Shown here one piece after another: positions 21,696-31,758 of a stretch of DNA of 64,000 nt. A program made the position numbers and the translations under genes. The stretch is taken from assembly GCA_965224485.1 (NCBI GenBank), contig CBDCZH010000023.1, forward strand, positions 64,001-128,000. Direction: 5' to 3'. This stretch comes from Arcobacteraceae bacterium (GTDB taxonomy: Bacteria; Campylobacterota; Campylobacteria; Campylobacterales; Arcobacteraceae). Within the stretch, counting starts at the first letter, position 1, and the number at the start of each line of letters is the position of its first letter. Below the pieces are notes generated by a model. That model did not search any database, was not told where the DNA came from, and worked only from the letters and a program-made list of their open reading frames with translations.

Positions 21696-22156
21696 CGCGG
21701 CCTTTTTTAGTATGTCTCTCTCTCTCTTTCGTAACTCTTTTTAGCTCTTTATGAAGTTTTTTAATTTCTACATCTTTTAAATCTATTTCTTGATGCTTTT
21801 TTATTGCGTCAGGAGATTCTAATCTTTTAAATCTTTATTTACTACAAGTCTTAGAGCTGTTTCCCTGATACTATATCCATTTTTAATAAATAATTTACTG
21901 CTTCTATTCTAAACTCTTCTGTATATTTTATTCTTCCCATTTTTAACCCTTTGCTTAAATAAAATGATTTAAATCATTATTACATTAATTTACTAAATTA
22001 AGTTTGTCTATTTTTCTGGGGTCATTCCAGTTTGGGGCTTTAAAGAAGAAAAGACAGTTTATGCCTAGCAACACTTCTTTGGAGGAATTGATATGCGACT
22101 TCATATATGAGAATAACTATAGCCCACATTCTTTGGATGAAATCAAATACTCTGAG

Positions 22157-22185
22157 CCCTTTGATTTTTTTAAAAAATCAAAGGG
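22157..22185 (-). terminator. Hairpin downstream of the NhaC-family gene
   Basis: CCCTTTGATTTTT / AAAAATCAAAGGG. Confidence 0.6.
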
Positions 22186-22193
22186 GTGCAGAA

Positions 22194-23624
22194 TTATTTT
22201 TTTACTTTCTTCAAATCCCTGCCATCTGTATACCATACAGCTGTATTTGTTAAAGCATATAATATAGCCAAAACAGGACAGATAAGTAAGAAAAATGCAT
22301 ATGGAGCATAATCAAGTGTTGCTATTCCTAATACACCTGCCGCAAATATTGCATCATTACCCCAAGGTACCAAAAACGCAAATAGCGTACCACTATCTTC
22401 TAAGGTACGCGATAAAACTTTAGGATCAACTTTAAGGCGCTTATATTCAGGTCTCAATGTTTCTCCTGGAATGATAATTGAAACATATTGGCTTGCACTT
22501 AACATATTTGTTGCAAGGCAAGAAAAAACTGTTATAATTATTAACCTTGCAGGAGTAGTAATCCATTTTTCTACAGATTTAAGTATGGCTTTTAGTACAC
22601 CAGTACGATTTAGAATCTCTCCAAAAGCTAGAACTATCAAAGCAGTTGTAATAATCCATGCCATGCTACTAATCCCACCACGATTAAGTAATTTAGCAGT
22701 GTCAGCATTTGTAAACTCATAATCTAAACCTGTAAATAAAGCAACTATAACTTCTCTTGCAGAAAAAGACGGTTGGAAGATAAGCGCTACTACAGTAGCA
22801 ATCATAGCACTAATAACCATTGCTGGAATTGCTGGAATTTTACGAGCAATCATAACAACTGTCAATATTGGAATTACCAAAAACAGGGGACTTATAAGAA
22901 AAACAGAATCAATGTTTGCTAAAATGTCAGCAGCTTTAACTATTTGTATATCACTAGAAGCATCATATTGAAGACCAATAAAACCAAATAGTAAAAGACT
23001 TATTAAAATGGCTGGTCCACCAGTATATAACATAGAATGAATATGAGTAAATAAAGGTGTTCCTGCAGTTGCCGCGGAAAGATTTGTTGTATCAGAAAAT
23101 GGTGACATTTTATCACCAAAGAGTGCACCTGATATAATCATTCCGCCAGCTATTGGTAAAGGCACACCAATAGCCCCTGCAACTCCAACTAAAGCGACTC
23201 CCACAGTACCGATAGTACCAAATGATGTACCAGTAAAATATGATGTAAGGGAACACAAAATCAAACCCGTTACTAAGTATGTAGAGGGTGTTAAAAACGA
23301 AATCCCATAATATATAATACTTGGTATAATTCCACTAACAATCCATGACCCAATGATAAGACCAACGGCTAGGAATATACCAACGATCAAAGAAGCGTTT
23401 TTAAAGCCATCTAAAATATATTTTTCAACATCTTTTAGTGTATTGCCAAGAAATACCGCAGCTGCTCCAAGATATATTAGACAAAGAATCAGCGTTCCTC
23501 GAGTAGGCAGTTTAAGCCAAAGTAAACATACCATAATTATAACCGTAACACCAGCTATTATTAAAAGTGCCCATTTTAAAGGTACCTTTTTTTTATTTTC
23601 TTCTATCACAATTTCTTCTTTCAT
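22194..23624 (-). CDS. NhaC-family antiporter / amino acid transporter
   Basis: GTSFGTIGTVG, GALFGDKMSPFSDTTNL and LSRTLEDSGT..LVPW. Confidence 0.9.
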   Translation of the reverse strand: MKEEIVIEENKKKVPLKWALLIIAGVTVIIMVCLLWLKLPTRGTLILCLIYLGAAAVFLGNTLKDVEKYILDGFKNASLIVGIFLAVGLIIGSWIVSGIIPSIIYYGISFLTPSTYLVTGLILCSLTSYFTGTSFGTIGTVGVALVGVAGAIGVPLPIAGGMIISGALFGDKMSPFSDTTNLSAATAGTPLFTHIHSMLYTGGPAILISLLLFGFIGLQYDASSDIQIVKAADILANIDSVFLISPLFLVIPILTVVMIARKIPAIPAMVISAMIATVVALIFQPSFSAREVIVALFTGLDYEFTNADTAKLLNRGGISSMAWIITTALIVLAFGEILNRTGVLKAILKSVEKWITTPARLIIITVFSCLATNMLSASQYVSIIIPGETLRPEYKRLKVDPKVLSRTLEDSGTLFAFLVPWGNDAIFAAGVLGIATLDYAPYAFFLLICPVLAILYALTNTAVWYTDGRDLKKVKK

Positions 23625-23795
23625 TATAATCTCCTTAAAAATTATTAAAAATATAGAATCTACTATTCTAATATAAGCAAAAATATTTATGCTTGCTGCA
23701 ATATATATATCTCCGGATCATCATTAGAAGTGTCCATTTTAAGGCATACTTCTTTCTTCTTCCTCTTTTTCCCTCATAACTCCTTATAAATTATT

Positions 23796-24539
23796 TTAAT
23801 AAATAGAATTTACCATACTCATATAATCAAAAACTATTACACCTGTTTCATCATATATATCTTGAGCAAATGGAGGTAAATCTGTACATTCAAGCAAAAT
23901 TGCACCTATGTTTTCGTTTTCCTTACATGCTTTCATAGATATACCAACCACATCTTTTTTTATTAAATCTAAATCTAAACCTTCTTGCGAATGTAAATGA
24001 ATTTTTTTCCATTCAGATGCATTTTCCAAACCATAAACTTTAATTCTGTGCTTATTTTCCACGTTAACACCTGCAATTTCCAAATGTTTGTCACTTAATG
24101 ATTGTTTATTTGCAGTAATAATAGCGATACTTTTATCGCCAATTGCATTTAAGATAAAAGGTATTTGCAATAAAGCCGAACTAAAAATTGGTATTGGCGA
24201 TGCTTTAGATAGTTGTTGCTGAAATATTATATTAAAACCACAACTAGTAAAAATTCCTTTGACATTATGCTTATCAACACCATTTTGACTATATATATTT
24301 TTTGCTTGTTCAATCATGTTTTGTACTACTATTTGTGAAGGTTCAACTATCACAGTTTTATAATTTGCCTTGTCAATTTGAATAAACTCAACAGCACAAG
24401 CATAGCTAGATGGATTCATACTATTACCCTTAAGAGTCGCTAGTTTATCTAGCCCCTTAGGATTACCCCCATCTTCCCAACAAAAAACAACTAATTTATC
24501 TCTCATATCTTTTGACACTTTCATAGTTTTCCATCCCAA
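23796..24539 (-). CDS. Asp/Glu/hydantoin racemase superfamily protein
   Basis: Two catalytic-type Cys in TSCGF..FQ and LLECTDLPPF. The true start may be MKVSKD at 24524. Confidence 0.75.
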   Translation of the reverse strand: MGWKTMKVSKDMRDKLVVFCWEDGGNPKGLDKLATLKGNSMNPSSYACAVEFIQIDKANYKTVIVEPSQIVVQNMIEQAKNIYSQNGVDKHNVKGIFTSCGFNIIFQQQLSKASPIPIFSSALLQIPFILNAIGDKSIAIITANKQSLSDKHLEIAGVNVENKHRIKVYGLENASEWKKIHLHSQEGLDLDLIKKDVVGISMKACKENENIGAILLECTDLPPFAQDIYDETGVIVFDYMSMVNSIY

Positions 24540-25741
24540 TTCTTTTCATAAATATCATATGTTAAAGAACGCCTTTCTAGTTGTTTAAAATATTCTTCAA
24601 TATTAATATCTATAGGACAAAGTAAACCTGGAGTATTGATTTTATTTTCTAAAATCATCGTACATCCTATTGATGCTGAAAAGCTTACAGTTCTTTGCAT
24701 AGCCGATAAATTTTGCTCATGATTAAATGTATCTAGCATTTGTAATATAAAATGTTTTTTCTCTCCATTTTTAATGCCCTTAACCTCGACCCTAACAATT
24801 ACGGCATCAGATTCATTTTTTTTATAGAAAAATTGATCTTGACTGGCAAGCAAGCTAGCACAAAATTCGTCAGGCTTAACCATTACGCCATTGACATCAA
24901 TTTCCTTATCTCCTAAAAAGCCACATTTAGCCATTTTTTCCCAAAAATCACCATGACCTGCCCAACGACAAATATATCGCCCCATTTCTTTCAAGCTATC
25001 ACCTAAGCCAAATCTAGATATATAAGAGACAGCATTACCATTACAAAAACATTCTAGCTCTTCATCAAATTCTGCTATTTGTAAATTATGTCTATTTGCT
25101 TTAGAAAATATTTCATCCTTATTAATAGTCTTAACTTTTCCATCTTTTAATATAGTTGCAGGTCGCAAGTAAGATTTTATAACGCCTATAATTGACCAAG
25201 TGAATTTGTATTTAAGCGGGTTATTTGCCACATCTAAATCAGGAAAACCAGCACCATAAGAATGCATAGAATGGACTTCGTCTAGTTGGCTGATTGCCAT
25301 TTTTCCCATGGCAAGATCTATACCTGGATCCATTCCAAACTCTTCTAATATTATTACATTGTTTTTAACGGCTTGCTCTTTAATTTTTGTGACTCGTTTT
25401 TGTTTTTCAACATCATTTGCAAATGATGGATTGTTCACATAACTTGTAGTAAGCAAATTAACTCCTAGTTTTACAGCAAGCTCTGCCATATCCAAGGTAA
25501 ATTGTGGAGGAAATAGCTCAATAACAACATCATGAGCTTTCATAAGTTCAGTTATTTTAGTGATATCATCACCTCTTGCATGAACTGATACTATTCTATC
25601 ATCAGCGAGATCTATGCAATCATTATGAAAATTGTCATAACAATCTACTATTGTTAATTGAGAAAATTTCCCATGTTTTAATAAATCATAAACACAACCT
25701 TTCCCTTGCATTCCGTAACCTAATTGTAAAATTTTTGACAT
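24521..25741 (-). CDS. Saccharopine dehydrogenase / lysine 6-dehydrogenase family oxidoreductase
   Basis: LGYGMQG Rossmann motif, EFGMDPGID, NNPLKYKFTWS and AMQRTV. Confidence 0.85.
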   Translation of the reverse strand: MSKILQLGYGMQGKGCVYDLLKHGKFSQLTIVDCYDNFHNDCIDLADDRIVSVHARGDDITKITELMKAHDVVIELFPPQFTLDMAELAVKLGVNLLTTSYVNNPSFANDVEKQKRVTKIKEQAVKNNVIILEEFGMDPGIDLAMGKMAISQLDEVHSMHSYGAGFPDLDVANNPLKYKFTWSIIGVIKSYLRPATILKDGKVKTINKDEIFSKANRHNLQIAEFDEELECFCNGNAVSYISRFGLGDSLKEMGRYICRWAGHGDFWEKMAKCGFLGDKEIDVNGVMVKPDEFCASLLASQDQFFYKKNESDAVIVRVEVKGIKNGEKKHFILQMLDTFNHEQNLSAMQRTVSFSASIGCTMILENKINTPGLLCPIDINIEEYFKQLERRSLTYDIYEKNWDGKL

Positions 25742-25913
25742 ATATTTCTCCTTAAATAATCTTTTCGATTATTATTATATCTGTTTTTTCATAATTAGAA
25801 CCCAATTATAAAAGAATGTTATTTATTAATTGTAATAAAGTTACTTTACGTTTTTATCTTCAGTCAAAAAGGTTACAAATCGAAATGGCTGCATAGATAA
25901 TTATTTCTTTGCC

Positions 25914-26108
25914 ATGTTTAGGGTTGCTCTATCGCAACAGCAAAAGACACTAAAACCAGACAAGCCTAGCAAAAAACTAAATAGAAAACACAGTAAATAT
26001 GATGAGACTTTTGGGTCAAAGTATAACTGTTATCAAGTAGCCAAAGGTGCAAAAGTAAGTTATAACACTGCTTGCAAATACAAAGACTTTATTCTTCAAA
26101 ACAGCTAA
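25914..26108 (+). pseudogene. Possible C-terminal HTH remnant of a resolvase or transposase
   Basis: YQVAKGAKVSYNTACKY is HTH-like and follows a basic linker; no intact gene is present. Confidence 0.3.
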
Positions 26109-26200
26109 AAATAATATCTTATTTTTAAATAAATATTTATTACTTAAAGTGATTTTTTTATTTTTTGTGGTAATATTTTGCAACTTAAAGGACAAAATAT

Positions 26201-27421
26201 ATGAGAAACTTTATTAGCTACGATACTTCATTAGAAATTTTAAACAAACTTAACTTTAGTAAAAAATCAAAAGAAAAACTTTTTATATCAAATGCAAGAA
26301 ATAGAGTTTTATGTGATGATATAATAGCAGATCATAACAGCCCTGCTTTTGTAACTTCTGCTATGGATGGTTATGCTATAAAACATGAAGATTTACAAAT
26401 AAAAAAAATCAAAATCATTGCAAATAACCCAGCTGGTGAAGTTGTACAAGCTTGTGTAAGTAATAAGGTTTGTATTAAAACTTTTACAGGCTCACTTATG
26501 CCAAAAGGTGCTGATACCTTAATACCTATTGAAAATGTGGAAGTAATTAATGGGGAAATTCATATTAAAAAAGAAGTACCCTTAGGTTTTGCTATTAGAA
26601 AGGTAGGTGAAAACTATAAAGAAAATGAAGTATTAATTAAAAAAGATACTATTATAGGTTTTGCTGAAATAGGAGTTTTAGCTTCTTTAAATATAGCCCA
26701 AGTATATGTATATAAAAAACCAGTAGTTGCAGTTGCTAGTACTGGAAGTGAAATTTTAGACCTAGGTGAAGTTCAAACAAATGATTCACAAATAAGAAGT
26801 TCAAATCATTTAACAATTGAAGCCTTATGTAATAAAGCAGGTGCAAATACTTTACAATTAGGAATTGTAAAAGATGATATAACTTCAATTACAAATCTTA
26901 TGACCTCTGCTTTAAAAGATTGCGATATTCTTGTAACAACAGGTGGAGTATCTGTTGGTGATTATGATTTTGTACAAGATGTTATAAAAGATAAGTTAAA
27001 AGCTGATGTTTTATTTCATGGAGTAATTATTAAACCAGGAATGCACATCTTAATTGCAAAAAAAGATGAAAAACTAATCATTGCCCTTCCTGGTTTTGCT
27101 TACTCTTCAACTGTTTGTGCTATTTTATACGTACTTCCTATGATTTATAAACTAGAAGGCGCAAATAAATCCTTACCTCTTGTAAAAGCTAGAATAGCTC
27201 AAGATTATAAGCTAAAAATGCCAAAAACTATTTTTACTGCTTGTAATGTAAAATATGAAAATAATGAATATAAAATAGATTTTGAAGGTAAAAAACAAGG
27301 TACTAGTGCAATTTTGACAAATATGCTAGAAAGCCCTGCTTTGTTAATTCAAAAGCAAGACTCAAAAGATATAAAAGCTAATGATTTAGTAGATATTTTA
27401 TTATTAAATGAACTAAAATAA
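26201..27421 (+). CDS. moeA: Molybdopterin molybdenumtransferase
   Basis: SAMDGYA, TGSLMPKGADT, STGSE, TTGGVSVGDYD, KPG and LPG. Confidence 0.95.
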   Translation: MRNFISYDTSLEILNKLNFSKKSKEKLFISNARNRVLCDDIIADHNSPAFVTSAMDGYAIKHEDLQIKKIKIIANNPAGEVVQACVSNKVCIKTFTGSLMPKGADTLIPIENVEVINGEIHIKKEVPLGFAIRKVGENYKENEVLIKKDTIIGFAEIGVLASLNIAQVYVYKKPVVAVASTGSEILDLGEVQTNDSQIRSSNHLTIEALCNKAGANTLQLGIVKDDITSITNLMTSALKDCDILVTTGGVSVGDYDFVQDVIKDKLKADVLFHGVIIKPGMHILIAKKDEKLIIALPGFAYSSTVCAILYVLPMIYKLEGANKSLPLVKARIAQDYKLKMPKTIFTACNVKYENNEYKIDFEGKKQGTSAILTNMLESPALLIQKQDSKDIKANDLVDILLLNELK

Positions 27422-27422
27422 A

Positions 27423-28322
27423 ATGAAAGCTACAAAAGTATATATATTAATAAGCTTATGTGTACTTTTTTGGTCTGGAAATTTTATAATTGGAAAGTTT
27501 ATACATACAGAAATAGAAGCTATTGAACTAGCTTTTTTTAGATGGAGCTTTACTCTTTTATTTATTTTACCCACACTATTTTTTATAGATATAAAAAGAA
27601 TACTTAACGTTTATAAAAAAAATATTTTTATTATTACTCTATTGGCTTTTTTAGGAATCACTTTATTCAATACTATTGTTTATACTGCTTTAAAAAGTAC
27701 AAGTGCTACAAATGCTTTATTAATTAATTCAAGCACGCCTTTAATTATATTGCTTTTATCTTCTTTAATATTTAAAAATTTTATTTCAAAATTACAAATT
27801 TTAGGAATAGTAATTTCTACTATAGGAGTTGTTTTTTTAGTGTTAAAAGGCGATTTTTTAAATATTTTAGACTTATCTTATCATGCTGGTGATTTTTGGA
27901 TTATTATTTCCTCTTTTTGCTGGGCTTTATACTCAGTTTTAGTAAAACTTAAACCTAAAGAGCTTAACTTTTATGAGTTCTTTATTCTTATTGTATTTAT
28001 TGGTTTTATTCTACTTTTACCTCTATATTTATATCAAAACTACTCTATAGAACAAGAAATCAAACAAGTTAAAAACTTTTGGTACTTTTTTATCTATATT
28101 TCTTTTTTCACATCAATTTTATCTTATTATTTTTGGAATATAGGAATTGAAGAAATAGGAGCCTCTAAAACAGGACAATTTACACATCTTATGCCTATTT
28201 TTGGCTCGATTTTAGCCTTTGTTTTTTTAAAAGAAAGTTTAGAACTTTATCATATTTTAGGAGCTACTTTAATAGCTTTTGGAATTTATTTATCCTTATT
28301 TATAAAAAAAGCAACTAAGTAG
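27423..28322 (+). CDS. EamA/DMT family transporter
   Basis: FWSGNFIIG, LAFFRW and TSATNALLINS. Confidence 0.88.
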   Translation: MKATKVYILISLCVLFWSGNFIIGKFIHTEIEAIELAFFRWSFTLLFILPTLFFIDIKRILNVYKKNIFIITLLAFLGITLFNTIVYTALKSTSATNALLINSSTPLIILLLSSLIFKNFISKLQILGIVISTIGVVFLVLKGDFLNILDLSYHAGDFWIIISSFCWALYSVLVKLKPKELNFYEFFILIVFIGFILLLPLYLYQNYSIEQEIKQVKNFWYFFIYISFFTSILSYYFWNIGIEEIGASKTGQFTHLMPIFGSILAFVFLKESLELYHILGATLIAFGIYLSLFIKKATK

Positions 28323-28330
28323 TTCTTTAT

Positions 28331-29560
28331 TTAAGAAACACTTAGTATTTTACAATTACATAAATCACTACTTTCATATTTTGTTTTCTCATCCGCTTTT
28401 AATCCTGGATAAGGAAAAAGTCTAACAGTTAGAGGTTTATTTAATCTGTAAGCATAAGTTCCAGTATCTCTCATCAACGCAGCTATTTTCTTATTTGTTG
28501 TATTTCCAGGAATTGGAACAGTATCTAAACCTATTCCACAAACAGCAGAATTAGCAAGTAAATCCTTAATATCATATTTGTTTTTACTAACATCTTTTGC
28601 TAAACCCCGATCTTCAATAACTGCTAACATAAGACCAGAAAAACCAACTAAAGGCATATTTTTAACTCCTTTGAAGACTTTTGTTAATAAAGAAGAAACT
28701 TCTATACTTCCAGAGTTTCCAAAATGTTTAACTCCTAATAACTTATAAACATCAATCATAGAAGAACACTCTTTTGAAGGAGCTGCTGAAGAATCAAGTC
28801 CTACAAAATTAAAACCTTTTAATGAAGTTGTTTTTAAAAGTTTTTTTATATTATTTACATGATATTGCAAGGCTTCACTCATTTTAATAGAAGCTAGTTT
28901 AAAAAACTCATTATGTTTTTCACTTGTATATTTAAAAGGAAGATTTTTTAAAACATTAACTAATAAATCAGGTGTTTCTAAACCTAGTACAAAAGAGTTT
29001 TGTGAACTTGAATTAAAATAAGAGGCTGGAAAATAAGGAATAAACTCTTTACAATTAAAATTAACAGTAAAGTTAAAATTACCCTCACCTCTTGGTGTTA
29101 TTTTAGAAATTCTCTTAACTGCTATTGCACAATGTTTAATAAGTTCATTATCTAAAACCCCAGAACTATCAAGTTTTACATTAACACAAGCATTGCATAA
29201 ATCCCCATAATCTCGAATAAGTTCAGGAAGTAAGGCTATTTCTTCATACGTTTTAGCCTCCCCAATTGCAAAACGGATTCTTAGTTTAGAGTCATTTAAT
29301 TTATCTAAGATTGTTTTTATAAAAGATAAGTCTTTTTTAGAATCTGCTAATGAGCTAGTATTTAAATACTCTCCAAAAGCATTTGTAACTATACGAATAC
29401 TTTGTACTTCATAATCATTTTTATTAAACGTTTTACTTAATTTTTTACAGAAATAATAAGCTTTTTTAAGTTCAAAGTCCCAGGTGTTTTTATCTTTTTT
29501 AAGTGTTAAAAAAGTTGTAATTGTTCTTATTTTACAAAGCTCTTTATTTTTATAAGTCAT
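28331..29560 (-). CDS. DUF711 family protein
   Basis: QSIRIVTN, FNFTVNFN..PYFPASY, GFSGLMLAV.ED and SAVCGIGLDTVPIPG. Likely start MTYK. Confidence 0.75.
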   Translation of the reverse strand: MTYKNKELCKIRTITTFLTLKKDKNTWDFELKKAYYFCKKLSKTFNKNDYEVQSIRIVTNAFGEYLNTSSLADSKKDLSFIKTILDKLNDSKLRIRFAIGEAKTYEEIALLPELIRDYGDLCNACVNVKLDSSGVLDNELIKHCAIAVKRISKITPRGEGNFNFTVNFNCKEFIPYFPASYFNSSSQNSFVLGLETPDLLVNVLKNLPFKYTSEKHNEFFKLASIKMSEALQYHVNNIKKLLKTTSLKGFNFVGLDSSAAPSKECSSMIDVYKLLGVKHFGNSGSIEVSSLLTKVFKGVKNMPLVGFSGLMLAVIEDRGLAKDVSKNKYDIKDLLANSAVCGIGLDTVPIPGNTTNKKIAALMRDTGTYAYRLNKPLTVRLFPYPGLKADEKTKYESSDLCNCKILSVS

Positions 29561-29678
29561 TTTAATCCTTCGTATAATACACATAATAATTTATTTGCAA
29601 TATTTAATATATAATATCTAAATTTATTTATTTTAATACATCTTTGTATGTTATACTTTATAAACTATTGGAGTTTTT

Positions 29679-30917
29679 ATGAAAAAAGATATAATAATTA
29701 TAGGTGGCGGAATTGTTGGTTTAATGAGCGCATATTTTTTATGTAAAAGCAATAAAGAAATCACAGTAATCGATAAAAACGATATAAGCTCTGGAACATC
29801 TTTTGGAAATGCAGGTCTGCTTTCAGCTTTTAGTAAAAATCCCCTAAGCTCTCCTGGAGTCTTATTGGATACTTTTAAACTAATGTTAAAAGGAGAATCT
29901 CCTGTTAATCTACACCCTAGTTTAGATTTAAACCTTTATAAGTGGTTATCTTCTTTTGCTTTTAATTCAAATGAAAAAAGACTAAGAAAAACCCTAGCTT
30001 TATTTGAAAAGTATGGCAAAATATCCCTTGATTCTTATAAAAAAATGAACAAAAAAGATAAAATGGACTTTTATTTTAGACAAGATGGTCTTCTAATGAT
30101 TTATACAGAGCAAAAAAGTTTTGATAAAAAAATAAACTTATGCCAAAATAATGAGAAATATAAGATTTTAAATAAAGAAGAAACAAAAGAGTATATGCCT
30201 TGTGTAAATGATAAAATAATAGGTTCTATTTTATTAAAACAAAATGGACACTTAGATCCAGGCCTACTTATGCTTGAGCTTAAAAACTATTTGATAAATA
30301 AAGGCGTAGAGTTTATTTATAATGAAGAAGTGCAAAAACTTGAATTTTCAAATTCTAAATTAAATAAAATACATACTCAAAATAAATCATATAAAGCAAA
30401 TACTTTTATTATAAGTACAGGAGCAAATTCTACTTTAGCTTCACAAGCAAAAAGCTCTTTTTTACTTACAAAAGCAAAAGGTTATTCTTTAACTTTTATA
30501 ATGAAAGAAGATCTAAGACCTAAAACTGCTGCTTTATTTGCTGATTTATTTATAGCAATGACTCCAAGAGAAAAAACAGTAAGAATAACTTCTAAGTTAG
30601 AATTAGGCTCGAATAATGAAGAAATAGTAAAAAAACAAATAAATAGTATTAAGCATAATTTATCTTTATATACTAAAGATTTTTTATATGAAGATTGCAT
30701 AGAATGGACAGGATTTAGACCACTTACTCCTAATGATATGCCAATTTTAGGTTTTGATGAACAATATTCAAACTTAGTTCACGCAACTGGTTTAGGCTGG
30801 TTAGGAATTACATTTGGGCCAGCTGTTGGAAAAATCATAGCTGAACTTATACTTGAGCATAAAGAAAATAAAAACTCTGATGATATTTTACTTTTTTCTC
30901 AGTTTTATCAAGTATAA
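29679..30917 (+). CDS. dadA: FAD-dependent D-amino acid dehydrogenase (Helicobacter DadA-like)
   Basis: IIGGGIVG, TSFGNAGLLS, WTGFRPLTPND and ATGLGWLGITFGPA. Confidence 0.78.
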   Translation: MKKDIIIIGGGIVGLMSAYFLCKSNKEITVIDKNDISSGTSFGNAGLLSAFSKNPLSSPGVLLDTFKLMLKGESPVNLHPSLDLNLYKWLSSFAFNSNEKRLRKTLALFEKYGKISLDSYKKMNKKDKMDFYFRQDGLLMIYTEQKSFDKKINLCQNNEKYKILNKEETKEYMPCVNDKIIGSILLKQNGHLDPGLLMLELKNYLINKGVEFIYNEEVQKLEFSNSKLNKIHTQNKSYKANTFIISTGANSTLASQAKSSFLLTKAKGYSLTFIMKEDLRPKTAALFADLFIAMTPREKTVRITSKLELGSNNEEIVKKQINSIKHNLSLYTKDFLYEDCIEWTGFRPLTPNDMPILGFDEQYSNLVHATGLGWLGITFGPAVGKIIAELILEHKENKNSDDILLFSQFYQV

Positions 30918-30938
30918 GAACGACAAAAATTATAAAAT

Positions 30939-31712
30939 CTATTTTCCTCTATAAAGCATATAAGGATTTCTTTGTGCAGTTGGCATAATATCAAGATATT
31001 GAATATTTATATGTTTTGCTGTATTTAAAACATTTATTATAACATCTGATATGTCACTAGCCATTAAAGGTGTAAAACCTTCATAAACTGCATTTATCTT
31101 GTCTTTATCATCTTTAAATCTTACATTTGAAAAGTTTGTTCGCACAGCTCCTGGTGCAATAGTTGTTACTTTTACATTAGTTCCATACAAATCAACATTC
31201 ATACTCTCACCTAAAGAGTGTACAGCTGCTTTACTTGAACAATATACATTTCCATTAGGATAAGCAGTTTTACCTGCAACTGAACCTATATTGATTATAT
31301 GAGCAGTTTCTAAAGGTCTCATTTGAGGAATTATTGCTTTTGATACATATAATAATCCCTTAATATTTGTATCAATCATATCATCCCACTCTTGCTCACA
31401 ACCCTCATCTATTTTCTCTAATCCTAAAGCCAAACCAGCATTATTTATTAAAAAATCAACTTGATTATCTTTTAAAAATAGTTTTAAAGATGAAGAAACA
31501 GCCTCTTTATTACTTACATCAAACTGTAAAATAGAAATTTTAATATCATGATTTTTTAAGATTTCTTCTTTAATTTCTTCAAGCTTTTTATAATTTCTTG
31601 CCACTAAAACAAGTGAAGTTTGCATACTTGCTAAATCAAAGGCTAATTGCTTCCCTATTCCAGATGTAGCTCCTGTAATTAAAGCTGTTTTATTCATAAT
31701 ATAATTTTTCAT
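30939..31712 (-). CDS. Short-chain dehydrogenase (YdfG-like)
   Basis: TGATSGIG, NNAGLALG and YCSSK. Confidence 0.9.
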   Translation of the reverse strand: MKNYIMNKTALITGATSGIGKQLAFDLASMQTSLVLVARNYKKLEEIKEEILKNHDIKISILQFDVSNKEAVSSSLKLFLKDNQVDFLINNAGLALGLEKIDEGCEQEWDDMIDTNIKGLLYVSKAIIPQMRPLETAHIINIGSVAGKTAYPNGNVYCSSKAAVHSLGESMNVDLYGTNVKVTTIAPGAVRTNFSNVRFKDDKDKINAVYEGFTPLMASDISDVIINVLNTAKHINIQYLDIMPTAQRNPYMLYRGK

Positions 31713-31758
31713 TTTATACCTTTTAATTCTTGTTTTATCATAGCCAAATCAATATTTA

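Larger units (their letters stand above)
20947..22029 (-). mobile_element. IS3-family insertion sequence, decayed
   Basis: Terminal IRs TGGAATGACCCC..TAGACA / TGTCTA..GGGGTCATTCCA (TG..CA ends). OrfA MGRIKYTEEFRIEAV from 21940 ending ERDILKKA with an A6G frameshift window. OrfB fragments SDITYIRTHEGWLYL and SRRGNCYDNAVAESFF..FYNSKRRHS. Internal deletions and frameshifts; no TSD visible. Confidence 0.92.

Noticed and set aside
21533..21697. A single 165-bp MITE with ~20-bp terminal inverted repeats nested in the IS3
   Set aside because: The interior is native IS3 orfA/orfB in native orientation. The apparent IRs are two separate inserts plus their identical targets.
22004..22267. 87-aa + strand ORF at the IS3 right end
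   Set aside because: It starts inside the IS inverted repeat and runs across a terminator into the NhaC gene; probably chimeric or spurious.
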